From: Trichinella spiralis
Lineage: Eukaryota
Length of the DNA stretch: 64,000 bases
Assembly (NCBI RefSeq): GCF_000181795.1
Contig: NW_003526941.1
Coordinates: 5,619,053-5,683,052 of the forward strand
Direction: 5' to 3'
Below the pieces are notes generated by a model, which made no database searches, had not been told where the DNA came from, and was given only the letters and a program-made list of their open reading frames with translations. Position 1 is the stretch's first letter; each line of letters starts with the position of its first letter. The translations under genes and the position numbers were made by a program. Below are positions 41,801 through 59,700 of the stretch, one piece after another.

Positions 41801-42990
41801 ATGCTGCAACGAGTGGGTGAAATACAAACGAAATGCAAAACAGAAAAGCGGGAAATACTTTTTGACAAGAAAACTTATTTACATTGTACTGTATTGGAAA
41901 ATGATTTTCATAGTGTTTTTCAATAATGCATTTGAATGTCACCTAATTTATAAAAAAATTTACTGTGCAATAATATTTTTATGCAAAATATCAACATTTT
42001 TAATTATATGCATCTGAACTGGAAGAATGGAACATTTCTGACGCATTAATTTAATATTGCAAATTGTAAAATTAATAAAACAATTGTGAAAAAAATTTTA
42101 TTATTGTTAAATTTATTAAATTTATTGCTTTGCACAAATTAATATGTTTTTTTAATTAAATAAATGAATAAAAATGTACAATACAAATAAGTAGGCACTT
42201 TTAAGAATATACTGTAAATAAAAAGTCAAGTACAATTGTTTAATTTTTGAACTCAAAAACTAAAATGATTTCTCGTTTTGTATAATTAATTAATTAATTG
42301 GCAAAAATAGTAATATTACAGAAGTGATACTGATTTAGCAGTATTCAAGTATGATGAGTAACAGTTTTCTTTAAAATTTCCAGCAATGTAACGAATTATG
42401 TATAATCTGTTTAAATGGTGCATGCAGTGTTTGATTTTTCAACTTACTTTTTTGGATGGTTTTTTTTGTGAGAAAATTAAATTTAGTCAACAAGATCGAA
42501 AGTGAAATGATCAAACAGATTGGATTGTTATTACTTATTATTAGTAGTAGTATGTTTATTGTTCATTTATTTATTCACTTGTGGAATAAAGTTTCGCTTT
42601 TAAATTTTGTTCTCAGTTATTTTACATTTTCCTTTCTGGTGAACAACACTTATTTCAACATACGAGACAAGAAGTACAGCGTCAATACAGAAAACCAGGC
42701 TCAGTTATTTGATTTACCCGAATAATGAACTCACTTTTCAGTCTAAAATGATCCTTTTTCAAACAGGCCAATTTGAAGAGGGTGTTGTCCGCTGTTGGTG
42801 TGGTTCGTTGTTCGGCTTTCAAATAAAACACAATCCAGACATGACAAATGGACATCCAGGCAAATGGCAAATGCAAACATTGATGCCTGGCCTGCTTGGC
42901 TGGCAAACCAGCAGCACCGACAGCATCGGCCATTTGAATTGTGGCCCACTATTCACCGGTTATTATTATCCTTTTTTTTAAACTTTGTTA

Positions 42991-44961
42991 ATGGATAACA
43001 ATTTAATTTATTGTTTTGTGCTTTTGTGTTTGTCTGTTGAAAAAAGCCAGCCACTGACAACATATTCGACTGATGAAGAATGCCCAATAAGGACGCCTTG
43101 TTTTTGCATCCAACATGACCAAATCAACGAAGAGAGTTTGAAAAATGCAACCCGACCGATATCAGTAACTTGCAATCAAGCTGGTCAACTTTCGGACGTG
43201 TTGACCGCTTTGGCCGTGATGCGTGGTTCCAATTTTCCACTGCAAAGTGTGCACATCGTCGGCATACGCGCGATCAACATGCCAGCCCACGCTTTCGATG
43301 GTTTGGATATCACCGAGCTGGCGATTCGTCGTGCCGGCTTGAAAACTTTGCATCCATCAACGTTCGACCACACCCTCTTGGAAACTTTGATCTCGTTGGA
43401 CTTGAGCGACAACGAACTCGAATCGGTACCGACCAACGCTCTGGCCAAGCTGCGCCAACTGAGACGCTTGCGCTTGTCCAACAATCGCATTGTTCAACTT
43501 CCGATGGATACGTTTGTGGGATTTTTGAGTCGAAATCGTATTCACAGTTTAAATTTGGCGGGAAATTCGATGACCAATTTTGCCGCGTTGGCAACGGCCG
43601 CACTCGACCAACTCGAACAGCTCAGCTTGGAAAACAACAACCTCACTGAAATTCCATACCAATGCCTGAGTCGACATCGAGCAACGTTGAACAATTTGAA
43701 TTTGGCGTCCAATCAGATCAGCTCGTTGAAGCCGTATTCGTTCGATTTACCGCAGCTTCGGTCGTTGAGCTTGGAGAACAATCCAATTGACGAACTCGGT
43801 GCTCACGGCTTCACCGGCCTGCCACATCTGCTTCACCTGTACATATCCGGCACACGTCTGCACAGTTTCGAAGCCGAAGCTTTCTGCCCAATTTACGACC
43901 TGAACTATTTGTCCATCGGCGCCACAGCTATTGTCCAACTGCCTGCCCAAGCGTTGCGATGTTTGAAAAATTTGATCCGATTAGAAATGACAAATGGAAT
44001 ATTGGAAACCATCGAAACTGGCGTATTTCAACTGACCCCGAACCTGCGTGCAATTATACTTGCCAACAATCGCCTGAAAACGTAAGCTTTGCATCATCGA
44101 GTTTGCCAATTTTGAAATTAATCAAATTAAACTTGAAAATCATTTACAAAAGCATACATAAATGTGTAGAATATATTTTTCACAACTTTCACAGTAGCAA
44201 TTGTTGAATGGAAGAAATGAATAAAATAGTTTTGCTTACTTTAACAATAATAATAGTAATAATTGATTGCTTCAGGATTGATCAGAACACATTTGCCGGC
44301 TTGGATCACGTCTATAGTATAGATTTGAGTCGCAATCGGTTGCAAAGTGTTGCCAATTTCGCCTTCTCGTCTTTGAAATCGCTCAGACATTTGGATTTGA
44401 GTTACAATTCATTGCAAACATTGCAGCCGAACACGTTCGAATTTTCCTTCAATCCAGAATTGGTCGACCACAATGTGATCTACTTGTGCGGTAATTTTGA
44501 TTGCCGAAATTTCGAAAAGCAAAACAAAAAATGGATTCATAAATAATAATCATTCATTTTTTCCCTCTCTTTTCACCATTGTTGGTTTGTAAAATTTCAG
44601 ATTTTGACTTTCAGGCAACTATTGGAAATGTGACGTACAGTTGGATTGGTTCCGTCGTTGGCTTCGTGAACACATTGACGTGGTGGTTGACCGGCCCGAC
44701 TGTCCGGCCGTATGCTCTGAACCGCCTCAGCTACGAGCTTGGCCGGTGCGGTTTTTGAATCCACCGCCGGAAATTGCTGGCGGTGAAAATTCGGCGGGAT
44801 TTTTGCCACCCACCATGGATCCGGAAGATTCAGAGCTGGCGGAAAGTATTCAACGTTCGTACGACCCGAGATCCCCGTACCGACAGCCGGCTTCTAGTGT
44901 ACTTCAGATGATCACTGGAACGGTTCCAAGAGCGCTGAAACGCGTTTATCAAAGCAACTGA
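42991..44961 (+). CDS. Extracellular LRR-only protein, LET-4/SYM-1/EGG-6-like, no transmembrane segment. Exons 42991-44081, 44276-44490, 44615-44961
   Basis: Signal peptide, LRRNT (CPIRTPCFC), tandem LxxLxLxxN repeats, LRRCT (GNYWKCDVQLDWFRRWLREH..CPAVCSEPPQLRAWP), hydrophilic Pro-rich tail. Confidence 0.9.
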
Positions 44962-45206
44962 AAGCATACGTTGTTGAACTTTGCGTGTTTACTGAACTTG
45001 GGTGAACAACAACAACTGGTGAAAAAATTAGAAAAAACAAAACAAAACAAAACAAAAGCAAACAACAAGCCTACCTACACCTAAATGCTTAGTTTTTCAA
45101 AAAAAAATACTAATAATGATGAATAAAATTATATTATAAAAAGAAAAGATGCACTTGACTGTTTTGTTTGTTTATTTTCTTTCCTAAGCATTAATTAATT
45201 AATTAA

Positions 45207-48200
45207 TTAATAAACAAAACGTTGTTGTCGATCATCGATCGGTACGTTAGGATTCACTGGAGGCAAGTTCAAATCCAACACTGAGCCTGGATAAGCTGAG
45301 CCGGCGGCCGACCCGACCTGGTATCCACTGGCAGCTGAGCTCAGTACGCGTTGTTCTTCGGCTTCTTCTTTTTGTCTTTTATGTTTCTGCGAAACGAAAT
45401 ATCTCACCAATGCAAGTAAACCAATTGTTGTCAACAAAATGGCGAGAATTATTGCTAAAAGAAAAATTAAAACAAACAAACAAACAAACAAAAATGTTTT
45501 TTTAATAATTGATAATAATAATAAAAAATAAATTTTACCAAGTATAATCCATCCTGCTGTGGAAAAGGGAAACGGATTGGCACTGGTGTCGGGCAATATT
45601 GGCAAAGCGGTCACTTCGAAATCATCATTACGCAATGGCCAGTTGCGAAGCTGTTCTGGAGCACTGCATACTGACAAACATTCCGGCTTGTCGATGATGA
45701 TGTCACGATTGGTTCGCAACCACCGTCGAAGCCATTCCAATTCTTCTGTACACACCCATGGATTATCTGTTACAAATTTTAATTGATCAAATTCAATATG
45801 AATAAAATCAATGTAATTAGAATTAAAATGTAAAAAAAATCCGCAGGGCCTATGCCTATTTTTAATAAGACAAGCTTTTACAGGGGAAAATAAATATATA
45901 ATCAACAGATGTAGTAGGATGGATGTTCAGTTTCACTGTTGAGTTTACACAAAGAATTATTTGAAAGCAAATAAATAAACACGACTGATGATTCATCAGC
46001 AGCCTACACGGAAAAACTATCCTTCAAATGAAGCGAAATTGAAAATTATTCTTGAAACCGAAATTAAATAAATAATTTATCGGATTAAAATCGCTATCGC
46101 TTTACCAGTATCGCTTCAATACTAATGGAAATATTTTCAGGAATAAATAAGCAAACTGATAAAAAAGCAAATAATCGAAATATATCTAAAGATTATTATT
46201 ATTTTTTTTCTCCATTAGCATTTATTGAAATTTTAAAAATTTTGTCGGTGAAAGAAATTGGAAATGAAAATTTATCATCATCATGAATGAATCAAGTTTT
46301 GAAGAAAAGAAAACAGAAAACATACCACCACCGCTTGCAACGCAACAAGCAGGTTCCAATAAGCAAACTACGGATGCAGATAGAAAGTAATGGAAGGGGG
46401 AAGAGGCATAGCAAAGCAGGACAACGTTGCTGTCATTGGGCAAATAAACAAATTCTAGACAAGTTAATCTGTTTGTTTCCACAACGTGAGCAAAGCAATC
46501 AGTTGAGGAATTCAGCTATTTTTCCACGTCCAATAGTCCATTCATTCAACCTCATCTACTGGAATTAACAAGCATATTTGTCGAATAGATTAGCTAGCTG
46601 TAGAATAGAATCGTTTGAAAATTTTTCTATACCCAATTGAAAAAGCCACGAAATGGATCATTTCCAATTATCGATATGGAAAAATAATTTCCAAACAAAA
46701 TTTCAAGAAAAGTCACTTTCAGCTCAATCATTTGCCATTATTATCGATCAAATTAGAAAGAAAAAGTCAAAATAGCACATTTATAAGCGCTTTCGAATAA
46801 CGTTCTTTATGCAAATTCATCCTTATCAGACTATAATTTGCATACAAATCGAGCGAGAATCAATTATTAAATTGATTAGTGTTGGAATATTTAACTTACT
46901 GCACAAGTAGAGAACACGAGCATCGTGGGTTCGTTGAAAAGTACCGTTGAAAGTGGCCGGTTCGAGTCGTTTCAGCTCATTTCCACTCAAGTCGAGATTT
47001 CGCAATGCCGTCAAGCCGGCAAAAGCCCGGTCGTCGACACTTGTCAAACGATTATTCGACAAATCAATTGCACTCAACGCTTGCAAGCCTCGAAACAGAT
47101 CTACTCGAATTCTGCAGAAAAAAAATATATTCAAATTATTAATTAATTCTTCAAACTAAAAAAAATCTACATCGACTGTTTCATACTTGGAGAGTAGATT
47201 TTTGTTCAGTACAATCGCTTGGATATTTGGAGTACGTTGGAAAGCGCCTTGTTCAATGGTGTCGATTGCAGCTTCGGACATTTCGAGCCGTATCAGGCCA
47301 GTGATGTGCTTGAACGCGTCGACAGGTAGTCGACTGATCGCCATCTCGCCGACGGCCAATACACGCAAATTGCCGACGTGCTTGTAAATATCCGGGTGCC
47401 ATTGGGTGAAATGATTGCCGGTCAAGTACAAATAATTGAGCTCAGTCAAACCGGCAAGCGCGTCCGAGTGGAAATCGGCCAGGCCGTTGTATTCCAAACT
47501 GAGCGATGTGAGTTGGGGAAAATTCAACGAACCCTTGCCAATGGTATTGATACGGTTGGAACCGAAATTCAAATTGGTCAATTTGGCGCGCAGGTGACTC
47601 AACGGGGTCGTCGGCACGGCACTCAGGCCGTTCGCTTCCAAACTGAGCTCTTGCAAATTTCGCAGACCGTCGAACGCGCCGTCGTCAATATCCAACAGCA
47701 AGTTGTTGGACAAATCCAAACGTTGCAAATAGTCGACCGACGCGTAAGACGCGAACGGTCTGCTCGCCAACGAGCCGATGCTGTTGTGGGCAAGATTGAG
47801 CTTGTGCAGGCGTCGAAGTCGACCGACCCCATGGCCGGGCACTTTGTCCAAACGGTTGAAGCGCAAATCCAAATCGACCAAAGAGTCGAGCAACGGTCCG
47901 TCGAAAGCCAGAGGGTCGATATCCATGATGGAATTTCGGTTCAAAATCAACCGTACAACGACGAACTGCTGAAAAGCCAACGGCGGCAAATTTCCTATGG
48001 GTGTGTTCGTTATGAACAAGCTGTCGATTTGGACATTCCTGGCGCCGGATATGGCTTGTATCACGTCGACCAACGAACCGGCATTGTTGCAACTGATACT
48101 GACCGGTTCGTGCATGCTGGATGTACAGACGCAGGGCTCTTTAACCGGTGGACATTGGCCAGAGGTGAAGCTGAAATTCCAGCTTAATAACGTAAACAAT

Positions 48201-48232
48201 GGAAAATAAAGCAATTTGTTTCGTTCCAACAT
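45207..48232 (-). CDS. Single-pass extracellular LRR protein, LET-4/EGG-6-like. Exons 48232-47187, 47111-46900, 45766-45539, 45454-45207
   Basis: Signal peptide MLERNKLLYFPLFTLLSWNFSFTSGQ, LRRNT (CPPVKEPCVC), LRR array, LRRCT (NPWVCTEELEWLRRWLRTN..CLSVCSAPEQLRNWP), TM GWIILAIILAILLTTIGLLALVRYF, short cytoplasmic tail. Confidence 0.9.
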
Positions 48233-49359
48233 CGCTGCAAAGTTGCAGTTGAGCCGAGAGAAGAAAAATCCCAACCACTGGTCCAGTTGATCAGATGATG
48301 AATAAAGTGAATGAATAAAACGACAATGACGATGATAAAGCAAGATTGGCAGGGGAAAAATGATGAATGTGCTTGCAGGTATTGTTGCCGCCCCCCAGCT
48401 TCTAACTGATCACGAGCGTTTGTTTGTATTTGATGAAAAGACCGCTTTGCTGTGTTCAGTTGAACTTCAACTGAAAAACTGGAACTGAATCGATTAAGCA
48501 AAGCATTCTGCCACGCCTGCCTGCCTATGCAATATCAACTCACTTCTCTGAATAATAATAATAATAATTTTTGTTCTGCAACTAATAATATTTGCAAAAA
48601 TGGAATGAATGATCACAAAATTACATTACTAACAACAAAGGAAAAATTAAAATTAAAAAGAAATAAACAAATATCATATCATATCATATCATATCATATT
48701 TGTCAAGTTCAGTTTGGAAAGTTGAAACCAATTTTTGAGCAGATTGAAAGAATTACCGAACAATTGAATTGCAATTCGAAACATCCCGCCAACTAACACG
48801 GGTCCAAATTGCAATGCTGCTTTGAAACAAGTACTTTCACCAACGTCCAGAGTTGCTGTTGATCAATTAAACAATCACAATTTGTAACTTGATCAATTCG
48901 ACATATGATACTCTCTCTCTCTCTCTCTTTCTTTTGCTGCACAAATTGAACAATCTGTCATTGATAAAACAAAAAAAATATACTAAAATAAATAAATAAT
49001 TAATTGATTAATTTAAAAGAAAAAGTTATTCAATATATCGTTAAAAAATAACTTACATCATTGTTCAAATGTTTCCACTACTACTGCTATGCTAGGAGTG
49101 AATTATTTTGGTCGTTGGATGGAAAATTGCTTCGCTCCAAAAATAATTCATCTTCTCCAATCTCTCCTACTGCACAGTAAATTTAGTTTTTGTTTTTTTG
49201 CTTTTCTAAAAATCTTCCAAACAAACAAAATTATGAAATATAATTTATTCCATATCGGACGAGTTTCTAAAAAAACAAAAAAATAAAAACAGCAAGCAAG
49301 CAAGCGAGCGAGCTAGTGAACAAGCGATGAACAAAAAAAGCTTGTCAAGTGGTTGGATT

Positions 49360-53753
<4,394 letters not shown>

Positions 53754-56700
53754 TTTTACTACAAAAAAAATATAATAAATTAAAATAAATTTCATTTTAA
53801 AATTGCCATATCAGCTGATCAAATTGGTCAAAAGATTGAAAAGTTAACTAACTAACTATTAGGTGAAAAGCAAGCGCTAAATGAGAGGAGGAGCATTGAG
53901 CGTGAAAGTGAATTTCAATATTCACTGAATGAATCAATCGAACTTCTTGAAAGCAGATTTCAAGAACAAACACTTTGCACGTGAATACTCTTAGACAAAG
54001 CCTTCTAATTTCTGATCTCACATTTTTGCAAGCTGCGTTCGGTTTATTCATCTTTGAATGCAGCTTTCTCGACTTGCAAATTTGCTGAACAGTCAATTAT
54101 CATTATATGCAAAAGCTTAATTATTTCGCATTCTTATAAGTTTAAATTATAAACTCGACGAACTTTTGACTCTACTTGTGTTGACCTGCAATTAAATGCT
54201 TAAAATCAGAAGTACAATTACATCCACACATGCAAACATCCGCGCATACATACAAAGACATACAAGGGGCATTTATCGTAATTATAAATAATATAACAAT
54301 CATTATTATTACTATTATTGCTGTTGTTGTTCTTTTGACAATTCAATATATTATATACTGAAAAGATAAGATTGATCAAAAATGAAATCTCACTTCGTTT
54401 TTTTCTACGTACAACACAATTTCATACAATTACAATTATTCAAAATTATACAATCAAGACAAAACTCTCTACAAATACATACGCATGTATTCAAATATGT
54501 TCCAGTGTAAATGTGAAAATAATTAAAAATGAAAAATATGAATCACAAAAGTATGGGGAGAAAAGAAATTGAACTGGAACGCAAATGGAAGCTTTTGAAA
54601 AAAATCTAAAGCCATTTTGAATGAATGGACACTTTGAAAGAAATTGATGAAGAATAAAAATTATGCACAAAAGAAGTAAATAGAACCCACTCATTTCATT
54701 CGTTGTCGACGTTTTTAAAAAATAAAATATGAATAGTTGGATGCTAAAAAGTAGAGAAAATTATTCATCGACAACAATAGACATGCTTTCGTGTAAAAAG
54801 TGCAAAATTTGAAATTGAAATGTATGAAACAAACTTTTCATGATAGATTGTGATTTTTCATTTTTGAAAAATAATATCAATTTATACGGTTCATCATTTG
54901 TTTCGTTGGAATATTTACTTCTTTTGTAATGATTATTTTCACTCTATAACAACAAAAACAATAATACGAATACTAATAATAATTATTAATTATCAGTAGT
55001 AGTAATAGATTTGTGGTTGTGCAAAAAAGAAGAAGTAGATTATCGATTTTGCATCATATGTTTTGTAATTGAGTAAATTTGATATTCATCAAAGTTATAT
55101 AATAATACGAAAATTATAAAAATTAAAAAATGAAATAAATATGCATAAATATGCGATTGAGAAAAAATAAATATTTTCATTTCATTTCCATAAATGAAAA
55201 TCTTATAATTTTTACAATATCATATTTTACTTTTAACATTGAAAATGAAACAAAAAATTTGTTTACATATATAGTAAAATATGAATACGATGCATTGTAA
55301 AATTGAATAAATTTAATACTTTGAAAAATAAAATAATATCATATTCTCATAATCAGAATAGATATATCCTTTTCATAACTGATATTTCATTTTTCAATGG
55401 AATCTGCAGGAAAGAAAAGAAGATGAAGGAAAATAAAATTCATGAGATAGATATGTGAGACAATGGAAAAAAATTCAGATTTACAACAAAGTCAACAACA
55501 TCGGAACAATATCTGAAACATACGGAAGCTACAGGTTGATGAAATGAAGATCAAATCAAAATTACTGTTTTTATTAAAACAGAAAGCCTAAAGGATTGTT
55601 ATTATTAATATTATCGTCGTTGCATTATGTTGAATAAACTTCGCTATCCAATCCTCTCTCTCTCTCTCTCTCTCTGTGCTTTTCTCCCTGACAACAAGTG
55701 ATAAAGCAGTAAATAATATCAAGTATAATTAATGTTGCAAAACTGAATACATTACAACGTAGAGAAAATATGATTTCATGCAAATGTAAAAAATCTTACC
55801 CAAATTTATTCTAACACTGCAATCTGAATCAGAATTGAATCTTGAAGCATGTTCAACGATTGATGAAAAAATATCCTCAGATGACATTCTTCTTCTTCGA
55901 TTAAAATTATTATTTATTAATATTGAGTAAATAGTGAGCTGAATGAGTGAACGATTTGGATAGAAAAATGTTGTCGTTGTTGTTGTTGTTAGTAGTGAGC
56001 TTAACTTTAGCCTGTATATGATAAGCTTAATACAAGAAACAAATACACAGTGAGCCGGCTCTCAGTTGATCACCAACGATCAATACAGAAGACAAGCAGA
56101 CTTGACTGATTATCGTCGTCCAGAAGAAGTGGATTTGCTGATGAATAAATAGCGCATAACATTGGTGACAATGTTGAAATAAAATACTTGATAAATTATG
56201 AATATTTCAGAAGACAAATAAATGTATGCATTAACTCATTTACAAAAAAGATGAAGATTTTTCCATTTCAATGTTTTAAATTTAATCAAATTTGAAAATG
56301 CAAAAATGAAATTTAAAAAGTGGAACAATTATTTTTTTCAAAATTAATATTTTTTTTGTATATTCATCTTCCACACTGTGGTAGTTATTTCTTATAAAAG
56401 TAATAATTATCAGAATAGGAAAGGGAATATTGAAAAATCACATTCTCCAGAAATATTCTCCAGAGATAAAGAATAACCACAATCAAACAAGTAAGAAGAC
56501 GAAGAAGAAGAAGATATGGATGCATATTCAAGCGTATTCAATAAATAATATGACCAACACTAGTAATAATAAGTACACCAAAGTAATATTCAAATTTAAT
56601 TTAAAATTCATAAGAAAAGTTTACTCATTAGATAACATTAATTTTTATTATTTTTTCTGATGATGCAGATTTATGAAATTTATGAAATGTTATAGAATAT

Positions 56701-59700
56701 TGGTATAATTTGCTTTTCATTACATGAATGAAGAAATGCAAAGAAGAATATGTCCAAAATAATCGGATAAAACAGAAGAAGATGGAGAAATGGTTATTAA
56801 ATTTATTGATGGAATTACAAGTGACGTCGTTCAGAAAATTTTTATCTCAATGCAATAATCAACTGCAACAGTCTGGGTCAGTGTCGGTGAAAAGTGTCTC
56901 AGATGAAAACTTTTACAATCATCAATAAATATTCTTTCTTTTCCATGTTGAATTTTCTCATTTGAAATTTATTCATCCATTTATATTTAAATACTTATCT
57001 ATGATTTTTTTATTCTTCAAATATACAATGAATTGAATTTACCACTTGCAAGCAAATTTGGTGAATAGTTAACAAGTTTTAATCATCACGATAAATAATA
57101 AATATAAGCATATATTTTAAAATGCTTGTAAATTTTCATTACAAAACTGTGCGTCATGAACTAATCGAATGGGGAAATTTGATATTTTTCCAGCTTTTAC
57201 GCAAAGCTTTCAAGAATAATTAATTGCCTTTTGAAAAAATAAAGAATAGACAAAAAACATCTCAATTTGCATCCTACACTATACTGAGAAAAAATAATTA
57301 AACAAATCTATTTTACTGGACTACTGATGTAATAAAACGACGAAACGTAACTTATTCCATTGTTTTCTTTTGCATTTCCAATCAAATAGAAATAAATTGA
57401 ATATGCAAATAATGAAGAAATTATTTTCAATGATCATCTATCACTATCTGTCAAATTGCCTGCCTACCTGCGATGGAATTGATAAAACTGAATAGATGAG
57501 CAAAAAATTTTTCTCTCTTTCTTTCCCCATATCTCAAAGGGTCAGCAAAACGCTAGCTGTATTGTAATAGAACAGACATGCATATACGTTGAGCAAAATC
57601 CTGTCTAACCCATTTTATCATTATGAAATTATTTCACCTATACCAATATATTAGAAGAAATGATTCAAATTGTCTGCAAAAATGTTCATAAATAATAATT
57701 TATTCAAAGTTGATGTTTCAATTTTTTTTAATTATAAATGAAATATATTAACATGTGAAATGTAAAAGATAAAGTTTCTTAATACAAGAAAAGGTGATGG
57801 TCGTTAATTTAATGATAATTGATCATCATCATTAGTTTTTTTCCCATCTTCTTCTTCATTCAATATATGTACAAAATCAAAACTGCCCGAATCTGCTTTT
57901 CATTTCACAAGCACAATCAATTTTCATCACAATCATCAATAAAATTAAATTTAAATTTCCAAATTGAATTCTTAATTCAATTGTAACAACCAGTGGAATT
58001 TCATTCATTTTATGAAAAATAAAACCAACATTTAATTTATAAATTTAAATATAATTTCAATTGCCCAGTAGATGAAAAGTCGATTTTCACTGGCGCATAA
58101 AATGCAAATATATACATCATTCAAGGAATATTTATTTGCTCTACTTTCACAAAATTAATTAATTGACTTTTCATTTCGTACAAAATTCACATCAAAACAA
58201 CCCCACCCAATCCAGTGACAATTTTTCTGCAAAATTTGTTATAAAATTAAATATTCACTTTTAAAAATTATTAATTTCATTTCACATTTACATAAGATTT
58301 TGTACTGATGTAAAGAGAAATGATAAACGTTGACAAATAATGTTATAATCAAAATAAATGCACAATAATCAAAACAGAGGATCTTACACTCATGTTGCAT
58401 TAATTCTAGTAAAGCTTAATTCAAAATTGTACAATTGGATAATTTATTGTTTTTCAATTAAATATTCTTCAATAGAATTATCAGAAAAGATGCACAAAGG
58501 AAATTTGAATAAGATATGAAATAGAAGTGAACGTTATTATCATTAAATTGCCTCTGGAAACCAACGGTCAAAGTAAACAGATATTATTATTATTCAACTA
58601 ACATTATGAATTATATTATTATAATTTACAAGATATAAACAATGTTTTTAATTTAAAAAAAAGTATGCAACTTTGTTTTATTGGATCGAAGAAAATGGAA
58701 AATAATTTTCGGATAAACAACAATGATAAACAACTTTCACAACAACAAATGATTCATGATGAAAAAACAAAAATTATGCATGCCAACGATGAAAAAATTC
58801 AAAAACACCTCGCAAACCTTATCAAAAGAAAAATTATCTTCTAAAATGTGAAATGTTTCCAAAATTTCCAAATAATAATATGAAAAGAAAATTTAAATAA
58901 CTAACATCTTATTTTTAATTAATTGTTTTATTTTTATTCTCTTTTTCGTATAATTTAAACAAATTTCCAAAAAAAATGTTGAGAATTCATCTAACAAAAG
59001 GACAAAATGATTGCCAAGCAAAATGAAAGATCTCATTATAGTACATCATCACATGAAAAGACAATGAATGCGAAGGAATATTATTTTAGAAAATTCCGCT
59101 GAGAAAACTGTCACATATCAAAATATATACTTTAAAATAATTCATATTTTATTTCTGATTAAAAAAACAAATTAATAACGCTAATTTAAGTTGCTGAGAG
59201 AAAAAAAATCCAACTTGACAAGCAAATTTGCATAAAATACAAATGACACACGACTGAGAGCTGGGTAAGGGCAATTTTTTAAAGTAAAATTTTATTTCTC
59301 ATTATGAATTTCTACAGGAAAAAAAACAATTCTTCGCATCATTTGGAAGCAAAAGTTTAATTTGACGTTTGAAAAATTTCCTTGTCAACTGAATAAACTT
59401 TTACAAATAGGACGAAAGTTCAAACAACACAAGTACGACAATGATACGTGAAAATTATTCAGCTATGAAAATTTTCTTGGTCAACAACAAAATGATGAAG
59501 ATAAAAATTCATACATATATATATATATTTGTTTATTTATACAAATATAGATATAGACCGAAATATGATTAATAAAAGTTCAAAATCGGAACAGTGGGAG
59601 AAAAAAAATGTATTATCTATTTCTTAGCCACAATATGTATAAAATGTTTAGTTGAATACTGTAGCAGTGTGGAATTTGAAATTTAGAAGAAATTGAATTA

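Noticed and set aside
47378..48187. 269-aa + strand ORF
   Set aside because: Antisense shadow of the LRR coding exon
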